Below, in pieces: positions 12,801 to 23,869 of a stretch of 64,000 bases of DNA. Under the pieces are notes generated by a model. It worked only from the letters and a program-made list of their open reading frames with translations, searched no databases and had not been told where the DNA came from. The position numbers and the translations under genes are program-made. The stretch lies in assembly GCA_903813345.2 (NCBI GenBank), contig CAIIXF020000001.1:11594001-11658000 (forward strand). Direction: 5' to 3'. The stretch is from Owenia fusiformis. Its lineage: Eukaryota. Positions within the stretch are counted from its first letter, which is position 1. The number at the start of each line of letters is the position of its first letter.

Positions 12801-13653
12801 TTGTCATACAGATTACTTATCATACCAGGACCAAATCCTGAAAATTTGAATTCAGTATCTTCATTAGTATCTTAGATATATAGGTTTATTATAGTGTCCC
12901 CTGCAGATTTTATCGGATTATATAAGGAAAATGCTCTGAAGAGGGTTGCCCAAGGATGCCACTTAACAGTTCTGGTATTTTCCCAACCCTCTATTCATGG
13001 GAATAGTTAACCATTGTAAAGCTACTCATGGTTAACTGACAGAATTGATTGTATCTTCAACTAAGAAGACAATAAAATGTTAAAATCAGAAGAAAACCAA
13101 ACCAACTTTCTTCTATTTACCAGGGGTAGGGCATTATAAAGTCATATTAAAATTACAAAATAGTACTTCATCACTATAATAGATGTATTACAATATCACA
13201 CATAGCTTCGGAATGTTGTTAGAATACTACTTTGAGCTGTTTAAGTTATTATATTTTGCTTGGAGCTACAAATATAAAATAAGCAAGAAAAAAATGACAA
13301 AAATTGCATATTTTTTTCAAATTAATTGTATTTTTCCGAAACCAACAAAGATATCAACCTATAACTTTAGGGTAGTATTCATCTCTGTACTAACAATGTA
13401 TGCTGTAGAACTCAGAACAATAGTTTATATATCCTTTGAGTTATGAACTAATATTATAGTACCCCCTAAAATAATTTCACAGGGGGGTAAAAAACGCTAA
13501 AATTCAGTGTCGTGACCACCCCGTTGAGCTGTCATCTTTTAATATCTTTATCAGCATGAAAAACTGATCCAGAAAAAATAGGTCTGTTGCTTTTTCTAAA
13601 AAATGCCTCAAAAACCCTTTCCCTTGAGATATTCTGAAATTGGAACCTGTCTA
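9881..13653. mobile_element. Non-autonomous Academ-like DNA transposon inserted in DIRS RNase H
   Basis: TAGACAGGTTCCAATT...AATTGGAACCTGTCTA termini, about 500-bp imperfect TIRs, 3-bp TSD TCA (9878-9880, 13654-13656); no transposase ORF. Confidence 0.85.
10719..11556. mobile_element. Tc1/mariner-pogo-type MITE nested in the Academ-like element
   Basis: TA|CAGTAGAACCTG...CAGGTTCTACTG|TA, sub-terminal AAGTGGAACAC repeats. Confidence 0.9.
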
Positions 13654-14735
13654 TCATTGAACTGTCTGTGAACAGTTTTAGATCTATTGAATTCTGCATT
13701 TGAATCGGAACACCTTTCACAAGATTGTCCTTGTTTAGCCACCAGACTAAGTCTTGTCTTGTCATTTTGGACCATGGAATCAAAATGTTCATGTCCTTTG
13801 AGGCATTCCAATTTCTCTGGAGATCGTATTGCATCTCCCTCATGAACAATCTCCCTAATGGCACAATTTTCTCTGTTGCCGCTAGGAGACCCAAAATTCT
13901 TTTCCAGAATTTTGCTGTTTGTAAAGGTTTCGCTAGGAAACGCTGTATCTCTGTATCGAGTAACTCTACTCTGTATTGAGTGGGTAAAATTAGACCTTTC
14001 TTTAGGTCGTAAAGTGAGCCCAGGTAAGTAAGTTGCTGAGTTGGATTTAACTCTGACTTCTCCAGATTTAGGAGAAAGCCTAACTTTTTCGTTAAGTTGC
14101 ACACAGTCTTTGTGTTCTCTGAACTTACTTGGTGTGATGATGCTATTATCATCCAATCGTCGAGATACTGGAACATCTTTATATTTATTGAATGAAGGAA
14201 TTTTTTGATCTGAGAAACTATCTCTGTGAAAATTAAAGGAGCTGTTGCTAGACCAAATGGAAGACATTTCCATTGGAAGACTCCCCGATTTTTCACGGCA
14301 AATCTCAGATATTTCTGGTGAGACCTGGCGATAGGGACATGCAAATAGGCCTGTCGAAGGTCTATAGAAGTCATGTACATTCCCTTCTCCAGATTTCTTT
14401 TGATGATTTCTGGAGTGTCCATCTTGAATGATGGGACATTCAGAAATAGATTTAGAGTTGACAGGTCTGTCACGGGTCTCCATTTGTCGGATGACTTTTT
14501 TGGAACCAGAAATATTCGACTGTAAAACCCTGGGGAAGAAATGTCTTCTACTTGTTCTATAGCATTCTCCTCTAGGAGAGTGTTGATTAGGTCGAAAACT
14601 GCCGCTCTTTTTAGAGGATTGTGGAATTCTGACCAAAGGGGAGTCTTTTGTAACTTTGGCTTTTCTTTGAATGGAAGATAATAGCCTTCTTTTAAAAGGT
14701 TTATCACTTTTGCCGAAGCATTTATTTGACTCCAT
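13654..14735 (-). CDS. DIRS ORF3, 5' part: alternative-frame ORF overlapping RT
   Basis: Stop-free frame overlapping RT; rejoins the YR frame (RQFN|DSLGS) when the insertion and one TSD are removed. Confidence 0.75.
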
Positions 14736-14902
14736 TCCTGCCAGAATTCCATCAACCTCCCACCCACTTTGTCGTTTGACGATGTATGGAGGTAATTTTC
14801 GACCTGGAATAAGTCACTGTTTATCAGTGGACTTTCCTCTACCGACAGATTTACCTCTGCCTCTTCCTCGAGAAAAACTCTTTGAACCCCGTCCTTTTCC
14901 AC
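13654..14902 (-). CDS. DIRS ORF2, 5' part: reverse transcriptase to start of RNase H
   Basis: VGGRL..FWQEW, GFYSRIFLVPKK, WRPVTDL, SIDLRQAYLHVPI, LPFGLATAP, YLDD, LFTDSS. Confidence 0.95.
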
Positions 14903-16814
14903 GAAAAGAACTGTCTTTGTTCTGGAACTTATTGGAAGTTTTGGGTTTGTTTTTGTCCTCCTTTTTAGAGGTGTAGTCTAGAATTTGATTCTGCGCTATA
15001 TCATTTTTAGCTTTCCTCAAATTTTCTTTCACTTTGGCCAAGTTGTCTTGAAACAACTTCCCAGTTTGGGGCTCAAGAGTCATAAGTTCTTTGAGATCTG
15101 CAAAGGGGATATCTTTATCCGCCTTCATGGAAAGGTAAGAATGTCTCCTGCATGCTACTATTTGATTGAGCAAAAAAGCATTAAGACGATACCCATCCTC
15201 AATGCAGTGACCAGCTGCTTTAATTAATGTCAAAGCCTGTTCTATTTTCTGACATAAAGAAGGATCCATTCCTTCTTCTTTTAACAGATCCTCAAACAGT
15301 GGTTTAACAGAACCAATGAACCATTCAGTGTGAGAGGAAGTAACTAGATTTTCTCTAGACACACCCTCCCAATCTGTCAATGTCTTCAATGACAGATTCG
15401 CAAAATGAGGGTCTAATTTGGCCTTTTGCGAATCATTCTTCTTGAATGTTTTGGCAATGGACGAAAAATCTTCATCTATTTTGCAGGGTTCAAACTTATC
15501 CTCATCTGGTACGATTTGGTATAAGGCTTTAGGAAGTTTGTATCTTTTCTTACAAAGATTTGGTAAATCTTTGGAAAAGGCATCCTGGGGTAAGTCGTTA
15601 AAGATTTTGACTCCTTCAATCAAGTTATTCTTTACACCTGGGCAAAGTGGCAGTTGTAAAGAATTAGTCAATACTGAAGGTTTATCTTTCACTAGAGACC
15701 AAGATTTGACCTTATTCTTAGGTGTTGACATCTCTGCTATCTCAGGGAAAGATTTTTTAACGACTTCAGTGGCTGCCAAAAATTCTAATTTGGCTCTTGC
15801 CACCTCATTTGATGGCTTAGTATCAGGATCTTCCTGTTCACCATCATTCTCCAACTCTATAGTAACTGAATCATCATCTCTATTAAGAGAAATGGTTCTT
15901 GTAAGAGTAGGAGGTGATTTAAATTGTTGATCATCATTTATTTGAATGTGATCATCCTGTTCTTGTATGTGATCATCATTTACTTGAGTGTGATCATCAT
16001 TCACAGACCATGGCCTTGACTGTGTTCTCTTGGAAATATTTTGAGGTATGTATGCAGATGATCCTGCATACATCGCTCTCAGAACTTGCTGGTCTTGCAA
16101 GAAATTCTGAAACATTTCCTGTCTTTGATCAATTCTCGGATTGATAAATTGATCTCTCTCCCATTGATACTTATCGTACCTGGGTGAATCTTTATCATTT
16201 CTGTAACGTCTCCTTTTAGGACTTATAGAAGGAGATTGTTTACGATAGTACCTCTTCTTTGGACTTAAAGAAGGAGATCTATGAGACCTATAAGCAGATC
16301 TATGATGTGAAGATTTGTGTCTTTTCCTCGGACTTGAGGACAAAGACTTTGATCTAGACCTGGACTTTGATCTATGTTTGTACTTGTATCTAGACCTGGA
16401 CTTAGATCTAGACCTTTTACGATTGTGAAGTCTATCTTTAGATCTGTATCTCACCCTCGGACTTGAGGAATGAGAACGTGATCTCCTTGATCTAGACCTG
16501 GATCTAGACCTGGATCTCGATCTGTATCTACCCCTCGGACTTGAGGAAATAGATTTAGTTCTGTGACGTCGCCGTTTAGGAGAAGCCGAATCTCTGTGAC
16601 GATGTTTTTTACGTCTTTTAAACGAAGTGTCAGAGTCTGACCCACTTGAAGTTGAATTACTTCGACTTTCTCTACGGCCACGCCGAACTTTTTCTAGAAC
16701 TTTAGACTTCACAACCGGTGATTTACCTTTGTCCGAGCGCGCTGGGCTAACTCGCTTATCACCCTGGGTATTAACCCCTTCTGTTGTATCGAACTGCGTT
16801 GTATTCGTCGACAT
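14814..16814 (-). CDS. DIRS ORF1 (gag-like, 666 aa) with RS-rich N-terminus
   Basis: First ORF after the 5' ITR; long RS-dipeptide tract; RRHSYL...KLF motif and RG-rich C-terminus; overlaps ORF2 start. Confidence 0.88.
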   Translation of the reverse strand: MSTNTTQFDTTEGVNTQGDKRVSPARSDKGKSPVVKSKVLEKVRRGRRESRSNSTSSGSDSDTSFKRRKKHRHRDSASPKRRRHRTKSISSSPRGRYRSRSRSRSRSRSRRSRSHSSSPRVRYRSKDRLHNRKRSRSKSRSRYKYKHRSKSRSRSKSLSSSPRKRHKSSHHRSAYRSHRSPSLSPKKRYYRKQSPSISPKRRRYRNDKDSPRYDKYQWERDQFINPRIDQRQEMFQNFLQDQQVLRAMYAGSSAYIPQNISKRTQSRPWSVNDDHTQVNDDHIQEQDDHIQINDDQQFKSPPTLTRTISLNRDDDSVTIELENDGEQEDPDTKPSNEVARAKLEFLAATEVVKKSFPEIAEMSTPKNKVKSWSLVKDKPSVLTNSLQLPLCPGVKNNLIEGVKIFNDLPQDAFSKDLPNLCKKRYKLPKALYQIVPDEDKFEPCKIDEDFSSIAKTFKKNDSQKAKLDPHFANLSLKTLTDWEGVSRENLVTSSHTEWFIGSVKPLFEDLLKEEGMDPSLCQKIEQALTLIKAAGHCIEDGYRLNAFLLNQIVACRRHSYLSMKADKDIPFADLKELMTLEPQTGKLFQDNLAKVKENLRKAKNDIAQNQILDYTSKKEDKNKPKTSNKFQNKDSSFRGKGRGSKSFSRGRGRGKSVGRGKSTDKQ

Positions 16815-16901
16815 AGTAGACTTGTAACGCTCGTTTTTGGACCAATTTATCGCACTTTTGAAAATTTTGTGTGACTTTCAAAATGGTAGAAAAATGAATG
16901 G

Positions 16902-16943
16902 TGCGCATGCGCAACTATGACGTAAAGTGGGCGGGGCTTCCGG
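16902..16943. promoter_or_regulatory. Promoter-motif cluster in the DIRS ITR (mirrored at about 7548-7589)
   Basis: TGCGCATGCGCA (NRF1-type), TGACGTAA (CRE-like), GGGCGGGG (GC box), CTTCCGG (ETS-like) within 42 bp. Confidence 0.55.
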
Positions 16944-17156
16944 GAAACCGAAAGTGAAAGTGAAAGTAGAAAATAATTGTTCCAATAAAAGGTGACTATG
17001 GTAGCTTTTAGCATATTGTAATGACATAATTGGTAAGTGATATTAATTTACGTAGTAAAATCTGATATACTTACACACACATTCTGATCTGACAATATCC
17101 AGAAGTTTTTTATATATTTTTTCATTCTAATCCTCATTACAACTATAACAACTCAC

Positions 17157-17350
17157 CTTATATCTGTCCAAGTGGAACTTGACATGTGCCTGAGAACTAA
17201 ATGTGATCACGCCAACTCTGGTCTGGTCAGGTGATAGTTGGAGGTTCCATACAACATTCTGTACAAACTTCTTCACTCTGTAGAACTCATCTTCTTCTAT
17301 GCTACCAGAGGTATCCAGTATGAAGACAACATCAGCCATAGTGGTACACT
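17157..17350 (-). CDS. Exon of vWA/EGF gene: vWA N-terminal half with MIDAS
   Basis: AG/GTGAGT bounded; CTTMADVVFILDTSGSI...TRVGVITFS...FHLDRYK (DxSxS). Confidence 0.93.
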
Positions 17351-18813
17351 CTGTATAATAGGATTTTTAATAACATGTTAATTTCAGAGGTAAGATGAAA
17401 ACAAGACATCCATTTCACTAAAATATGAATAATATACAAATAACACACAATACAAAGCATTCTTTCTTTGTCCAATCATGGGCTTTCAATTAGATTCAAT
17501 TAGATTCTGGTTGAAAGCCCATGGTCTAATTCACAAAGAATAGATCTAGAGAGAAACACAAACTAATATACATTTCTTACAATTTTTTCATGCAAAATCC
17601 ATTTCACTGGTAGGATAGACACAATCTCTCTATTTACAAAAATATGAATAATATATTATTAAAAACATAACACAAGACTTTTTGCTTTGTCCAATTCACA
17701 AATAACAGATTTAAAGGGAAACATCAAATAAAATCAACTTATTTCATTGGCAGGATAGAAAACAATTTCTAGATTTAATTACATAACTAATTCTCTCTCA
17801 ATTAAAATAACAAAAAGAAAAAATGTATTTCAAGCAACAGATAATTGATTAAAAAGCCACCACACTAAGAAAATTAGATATTTTGCTTAACTAAATACAC
17901 CGACCTCATCCATAATGTAAGTATGCAATCAAGAATGTCATGGTGTTCCCATGGACATGACCAAGTGAGTGAAGATGCGTGATACACTACCTAAGCTAGA
18001 TCACTTTATTTACATATACAATATATGGGAGTACCATAACCACCATCATCAATTCCTTCAGCATACAATACATGCAGATCTCACCAACCAATTATTGGTG
18101 TACTATTACTTAAGCATGAAAAATATAGTTTTAATCATTTAATGGTATGTTACCCAGACCCTGCTTCCAAAATTAGACCATTATTTAAAGTGGCTTTATT
18201 TATGTAAATCATGTGTTAGCAATATCCTAGCAAGATTATTTCAAGTACTATAAGTATTCAAACAATAAAATAGTTCAATAACGTTGCAGAGATTAGCACT
18301 AGTCAATTTAAAAATGGGGAAGAGGCGCAGGCCTAAAAGTAACCCCTCACATCCCTAGTATTTTCCCCCTCTTATTACTCATGTGAACTTCAGCTACTCA
18401 TCCCCTAGAGTTTTTGGATTACATATTTAGCATGGTAATATGGGTGTTACAGTGTCTTCTCCCCTTACATTATTTCACATTTTTTAAATTTTTAGTTCTA
18501 ATACCCCTAACAAGACTTCCTTACTTACACTGACTGTTTTTATGTCCCCCAATATCCTTTTAAATGTTCAACACCCCCCCCCCCTTTCCCTCGCATTTTA
18601 AAGTTAAATGGTATAGCCCTAAATGAACTGCGCTTTACACAAGTGATTTATTACAGGATATTTAGCTGATTATGCATATTACAATTAATGATGTAACAAT
18701 AATATACAAATCAAATTTTTGAAATTGAAATGTTACAAAAGGATGTAGCTGTTTATATGAGTATTACAATTGATGATAAAACAACAACAAATGAATTATA
18801 GATTAAATTCAAA

Positions 18814-21027
18814 CACGCCTAACCATCGCGTAGGTAGGCGTCACCGTACAGCGTCAAAAAATAGCGGAGTACAGTTTTCTGTACGGTGACGCAAATTAAC
18901 TGCTTTGAAGCAAAAACTATGACATGTATTTAAAAAAAATTAATTTGATGAAAACTAATACGATTTCATGTGAAATAAAAACAGCATTCTCTTAGGAATG
19001 GTTTCAACTTTGTAATTATGATAAATGTTTTATGAGCACTGTTCGGATTTTTTCTGAGTGAATCGGCCCACATAATCGACCAGAGTGAAAAAAGGTTGTT
19101 TTTTCACATTTTGTTTGGTTATTATTTTCCCTGCCGTCTGAGAGTATGGATTCTTTTTATGAGAATATGTATTTGTCGACTACACATTTTAGAACGGGCG
19201 AAGATTCAACAAACAACCATTCATTATATATATTTAAAAAATATCAAATTTGTACGGTGACGCATCAGCTGTACGTTGACGATTCATTATAATTTGTGAG
19301 AAGTAATATAAAGAATTCATTATTTATTACTTCAAATCGCACAAGTTTTAGTGTGGAAGTTCAAATGTTGATCCAATCAAGTATCCCTCGTATACATGTT
19401 GTCAAAATGATCAGTGAAAGTTACTGCAGTCACTTTTGCATTTAAGATGGCGGAAAGGAAGTGTCGATCTCGATATTTTTAGTTTTCATCGAATTCTTTA
19501 TAGTTGGCGTTATGCTTTGATGAAGTATGAGACTAGACTTATATGAAATGGAAACTCTGGAGTATGATCATTTGTTCATATATAGTGCATGGGCGCTACA
19601 ATTCAACGATATCTTCCATCGCTTAATGGAAGGTTACTGGAAATGTGTGATACGGTAGGGGTCATGAAACCAAAAACTCAGTATATTTGTTGCTGTGTTA
19701 TTATTGTTTTAAAACAAGGGATGTCACAAGTAAATCTCATCTTGCACGTGTGACTTTTAGGATGAAAGTTGCAATATCTTGCATGGGGTAAAGATGGCTA
19801 TGTAGGCTATCTTTGTTAGTCATATGAGAAAAGCCTGGTCTGTATTTCAAATGATATCAAAGCATTGCGTCAACTTTCAAATAGTTAATTCCATGAAAAC
19901 TAAAAATATCAAAATAAATACTTCCTGTCCGCCATCTTAAATGCTAAGGTGACGGCTGTATTCTTCGCTTGATACTTATCAGTGATAATGTAGATCTGAC
20001 GCTTCTTTACCTCTTGTTCGAACAGTAAGCTTAGAGTTGAATGTGTTTCAGTATTTAATCCTTGTTATCAGACATACGAATTGATCTCTTCAATGTTGAA
20101 TGGGATACAACATTTGAATTTCCACACAAAAACTTATGGAATCTTAAGTTAATACTGAGGTCATATATTACACTTCATGAAATCTAAGGAATCGTCACCG
20201 TACAGCAGATGCGTCACCGTACAGATCTGATCTTTTTTAAATAAATGCACTGAATGATTATTTGCCGAATATTAATCTGTTCTAAAATGTGTAGATAACA
20301 AATACATATTCTCATAAAAATAATCCATACTCTCAGACGACAGGGAAAATGATAACCAAACGAAATGTGAAAAAACAACCTTTTTTCACTCTGGTCGATT
20401 ATGTGGGCCGATTCAGTCAGAAAAAATCCGAGCAGTGCTCGAAAAACTTTTATCATAATTTAAGTTTAAGTTTATTCCAATTTTAACATGTTACATACAT
20501 ATAATCATATACAATTTGACGCAAAGCGTATATTGTAGTTCAAAGATCAAAAGTCAATATTTGTAAATACAATTATTTTAATGGAGTGCAGGAATGCAGG
20601 AAAAGTGAGATGGTAGAGTCTGCTAGAGTTACATATAGTAAATTAATAAGTTGATATAATATGATGTTTAAGTGCTGCCTTGAACATAACTGTACTGACA
20701 CTGTGCTTAATTTCATTAGGTAGTTTATTATAATATGATGGTCCAATATATTTAAGTGAGTCCCAACCAAACTTAATGCGGTATTTAGGTTGGACTAAAA
20801 GGTGTTTAGATCTTGTGTCATGGCCATAGAAAGTTAAAACCATTCCTAAGAGAATGCTGTTTTTATTACACTTGAAATCGTATTTATTTTCATCTAATTA
20901 TTTTTTTTAAAACCCCCATTATAGTTTTTGCTTCAACTCAGTTAATTTTCGTCACCGTACAGAAAACTGTACTACTGTATTTTTTGACGCTGTACGGTGA
21001 CGCCTGCTTACGCGATGGTTAGGCGTG
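18814..21027. mobile_element. Long-TIR non-autonomous element, CAC...GTG ends, 5-bp TSD TCAAA
   Basis: cacgcctaaccatcgcgta / tacgcgatggttaggcgtg; TIR similarity over about 500 bp; TCAAA at 18809-18813 and 21028-21032. Confidence 0.88.
20461..20831 (-). mobile_element. 5'-truncated CR1/L2-group LINE 3' end inserted in the right TIR
   Basis: HDTRS...SLKYIGPSYYNKLPNEIK...FKAALK; tail aataaacttaaacttaa; absent from the left TIR. Confidence 0.75.
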
Positions 21028-21067
21028 TCAAAAGGAAAATGAAAAGAAATCACTCTGGTATACTTAC

Positions 21068-21070
21068 CTC
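21068..21070 (-). CDS. Candidate 3-nt microexon (GAG) of vWA/EGF gene
   Basis: ttattattttctaatcttAG|GAG|GTAAGTA; frame-preserving between two phase-1 junctions. Confidence 0.5.
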
Positions 21071-21253
21071 CTAAGATTAGAAAATAATAACAAAGTATAC
21101 AAATTAAACAAAATAATTATGAAAAACAAAATTATATATTCAGGTCTGTAATCTACATACTAAAAATTCAATGTAACTGAAAATAAAAAGTAATCAATCA
21201 ATAAAAGTCATCAATTGAGTGAACAAAAAATGTTTACAAAATGCAATGAGTAA

Positions 21254-21644
21254 GGGGAGGCATCAAAAGTTTGAAGTTGGATTGGAAACTGAATATATCT
21301 AGTTTTGAGTTTGACCCCCCTCCCCCAAAAACCAAATTCCACGAAAGTTCATCGCTGACTTCCGGTTTGAGAATTTGAAAAATTATTTCTAAAAGCGATC
21401 TAGTTTTTTTTAATTCCTATCGTAATTTGCGACTTTTAACAACTATTGATAGAATAGAATCCATTGGAATGATCTTGACGAAGAAAGCATCAGGTAAATA
21501 TTTATTTTTAAACATTCCAAGGCATTCCGAGTCAAAGTTGCAAAAACTGAACTGTTAGCAAACTGAAATGACTTGGAGCCCCCTCCCCCTCTTACTAGAT
21601 TTATTGAGTTTTCAATCCGACATTGAACTTTTGATGCCTACCCT
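21254..21644. mobile_element. PIF/Harbinger-like MITE
   Basis: ggggaggcatcaaaagtt / aacttttgatgcctaccct TIRs with TAA on both flanks. Confidence 0.75.
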
Positions 21645-21885
21645 TAAAGTATTGAAATGATCACAAATGGACACTGTACCATGGTAATATAAGTGTATAC
21701 ATGTAATTATAACATGATGACCTACTGTAGTAATAGCTAAACTAAAAATACTGAAAGAACATTCACTTGAAATGAAGAACTAAATGATCCTCCACACAAC
21801 ACAGAATGTTGGAATAAGTGTTTCCCCCCTGACTGAGTGAAACAATAAAGCAAACAGGAAGCCTTTCTAAAAATTGTTTACTAAT

Positions 21886-22233
21886 CACAGATCCTAGAAT
21901 TACATTTCTACATGGCAAATTTTATTTTTGCATAATTTTTAATTTTTAGAAATGCCGCATAATACATTCATCAGCGCATGCATATTCATATTTTTTGCGT
22001 AATTTACACTTTTCTCAGTGAATATCTCACCTAATATGATGTTTCGCTGCTTTTCTAAATCTTCATAATCATTAGTTAAAGAAATAATGTCTAAGCTTAA
22101 CAAAAACTCTGCAAGTTTAAATTGCCCATACTGGAAATGGTGATTCATATGGTGAGATTGGACCAGTGCTATCACATTTGCATTTTTCCCCCACATAATT
22201 TCAATATTTGCCTGCATCATTCTAGGATCTGTG
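21886..22233. mobile_element. Short MITE with CACAGATCCTAGAAT TIRs
   Basis: 15-bp perfect TIR; no clean TSD. Confidence 0.65.
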
Positions 22234-22268
22234 CCTTATATTGATTCAATAAATATCTAAAATCTTAC

Positions 22269-22382
22269 TTCTCTCGCATTTCTTCCCTGAGAAACCAGGA
22301 GCACATTGACAGTGGTACTTGTTCAGTGCAATTATACAGGTTCCTCCATTCTCACAGGGTTTCTTGGCACACTCTGTCATCA
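22269..22382 (-). CDS. Exon of vWA/EGF gene: EGF-like domain
   Basis: 114-nt phase 1-1 exon, ECAKKPCENGGTCIIALNKYHCQCAPGFSGKKCE. Confidence 0.95.
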
Positions 22383-23277
22383 CTGCAGAAAAACAATAAG
22401 AGTTTGATATTAATTTAATATACCTATACGCGCCAACTTTTAACGTGCGAAATATTCTTATCTCCGCGTTGGAGAGTTCAGTTTCGTGGTACAACTTTCT
22501 CAACATCCGGGCACTTTCCCATTGGAATAACATTGGCTGTGTTTTTCAATGACGCATTATGACTTTATTAGAGGTTTATCATGAATTATATTTGCACATA
22601 CTATAGGTATGATCATTATAAAGACATTTGACAAGTTTTTTAAAAATATATTCACCAGAATCGTCAAAATCCTAAGTTTAAAATTCAAGTGACGTCACAG
22701 ATTTCCCAGAAGTTGCTCAGTTCCCGGAACTTGCTCAGACGCCATAGAAAAACTAATCGAAGCAAATTGAATTTCCATCTTCTTTTCTAATTATTGTCTG
22801 GATTATAGAATAGTATTATACATATGTACTAATGTTGGATCGGGATAATGCCTATGAAGTTTTGTTTTGCGGACCAATAGAAAATTGTCCATTTTATCGT
22901 GTTGCATTGCGGGAAATATTTATGTTAATGACCAGTAATTTCCTAACGCGAAAAGGACTATTGAATTTAAGGTGGGATAAGAAAATGCTATAATCATATT
23001 GGTTTGGAGATCCGAGAAGCCCCTAATTTTGAAATACCTTTGTAATAATGGCGATATATTGAATTCTCATTGGCCTATAGTGTTCAATGCTTGAAATAGT
23101 AATGTACTTATAGCATAGCATTAATAGCTTGGGTTTAGAGACGTCACAGACCAGGCACTTTTCTTGCATTAAATCTTTGAAAACTGCAAGTGTTCCCCAG
23201 GTCCAACCAAATCACTCAAGAGGAATGAAACCTCATATCTGACTGAATCCCTGATACACCTCTTGTCTTTTACATAC

Positions 23278-23508
23278 CTCCACAAATCTGGCTCGTGACC
23301 CTCTCGATGACCTCTTGTCTGGTGTCATCTCCAGTATTATGGAAGATGTTCTGACCCTCAATGTCACTGGCAATCTCATTCAGCTCACTCTTATCTGCTC
23401 TGCCAAGGTTGATACCAATCCCAATGATGTGAATGCCTTCTGACTTAGCTTCTCTAGCCTGAGCTATCGTCACCTCTTCATTGAGTATCCCACCAGTGAT
23501 GAAAACAC
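23278..23508 (-). CDS. Exon of vWA/EGF gene: C-terminal part of upstream vWA domain
   Basis: 231-nt phase 1-1 exon, GVFITGG...AKSEGIHIIGIGI...ELNEIASD...IC. Confidence 0.9.
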
Positions 23509-23676
23509 CTACAAATGTAGGACATATAGTCATTTGCTTACTTATTGATAACCCTTAAATATATTAAGATAGTAGATACATTCAGACACCTAAGTCCTTT
23601 AAACGATTTCCTTGATGGCATTTGTAATGGTCTAGTATGTAAACTTAATCTGACCAATCACCATAACAGTCTTTAC

Positions 23677-23869
23677 CTATATTCTGAGCATCAGCTCTAT
23701 CTCCGAGTTTCTTATCGAATGCATCCTCAGTGAGCAATTTCAATCCATCGGCAGCGATCCACCCACATAGTAGAGACTAGACACTGCAGACATGACCTTG
23801 CCCTTGTCTGTCCCTTCACTCAATGGGAGTACAATCCTAGCATAGTTACTGTATGTTATCACACCAACC
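23677..23869 (-). pseudogene. vWA middle exon carrying a frameshift
   Basis: VGVITYSNYA...SLYYVGG in one frame, AADGLKLLTEDAFDKKLGDRADAQNI in another; 193 nt does not fit phase 2 to phase 1. Confidence 0.75.

Larger units (their letters stand above)
7409..17062 (-). mobile_element. Full-length DIRS1-type tyrosine-recombinase retrotransposon (interrupted)
   Basis: ITRs about 7461-7601 and 16890-17030, internal complementary region about 7661-7775 matching both termini, gag + RT/RNaseH/MT + YR ORFs, AATC at both junctions. Confidence 0.96.

Noticed and set aside
8498-16827. Plus-strand ORFs over the DIRS element
   Set aside because: Antisense shadows of coding frames with no recognisable product
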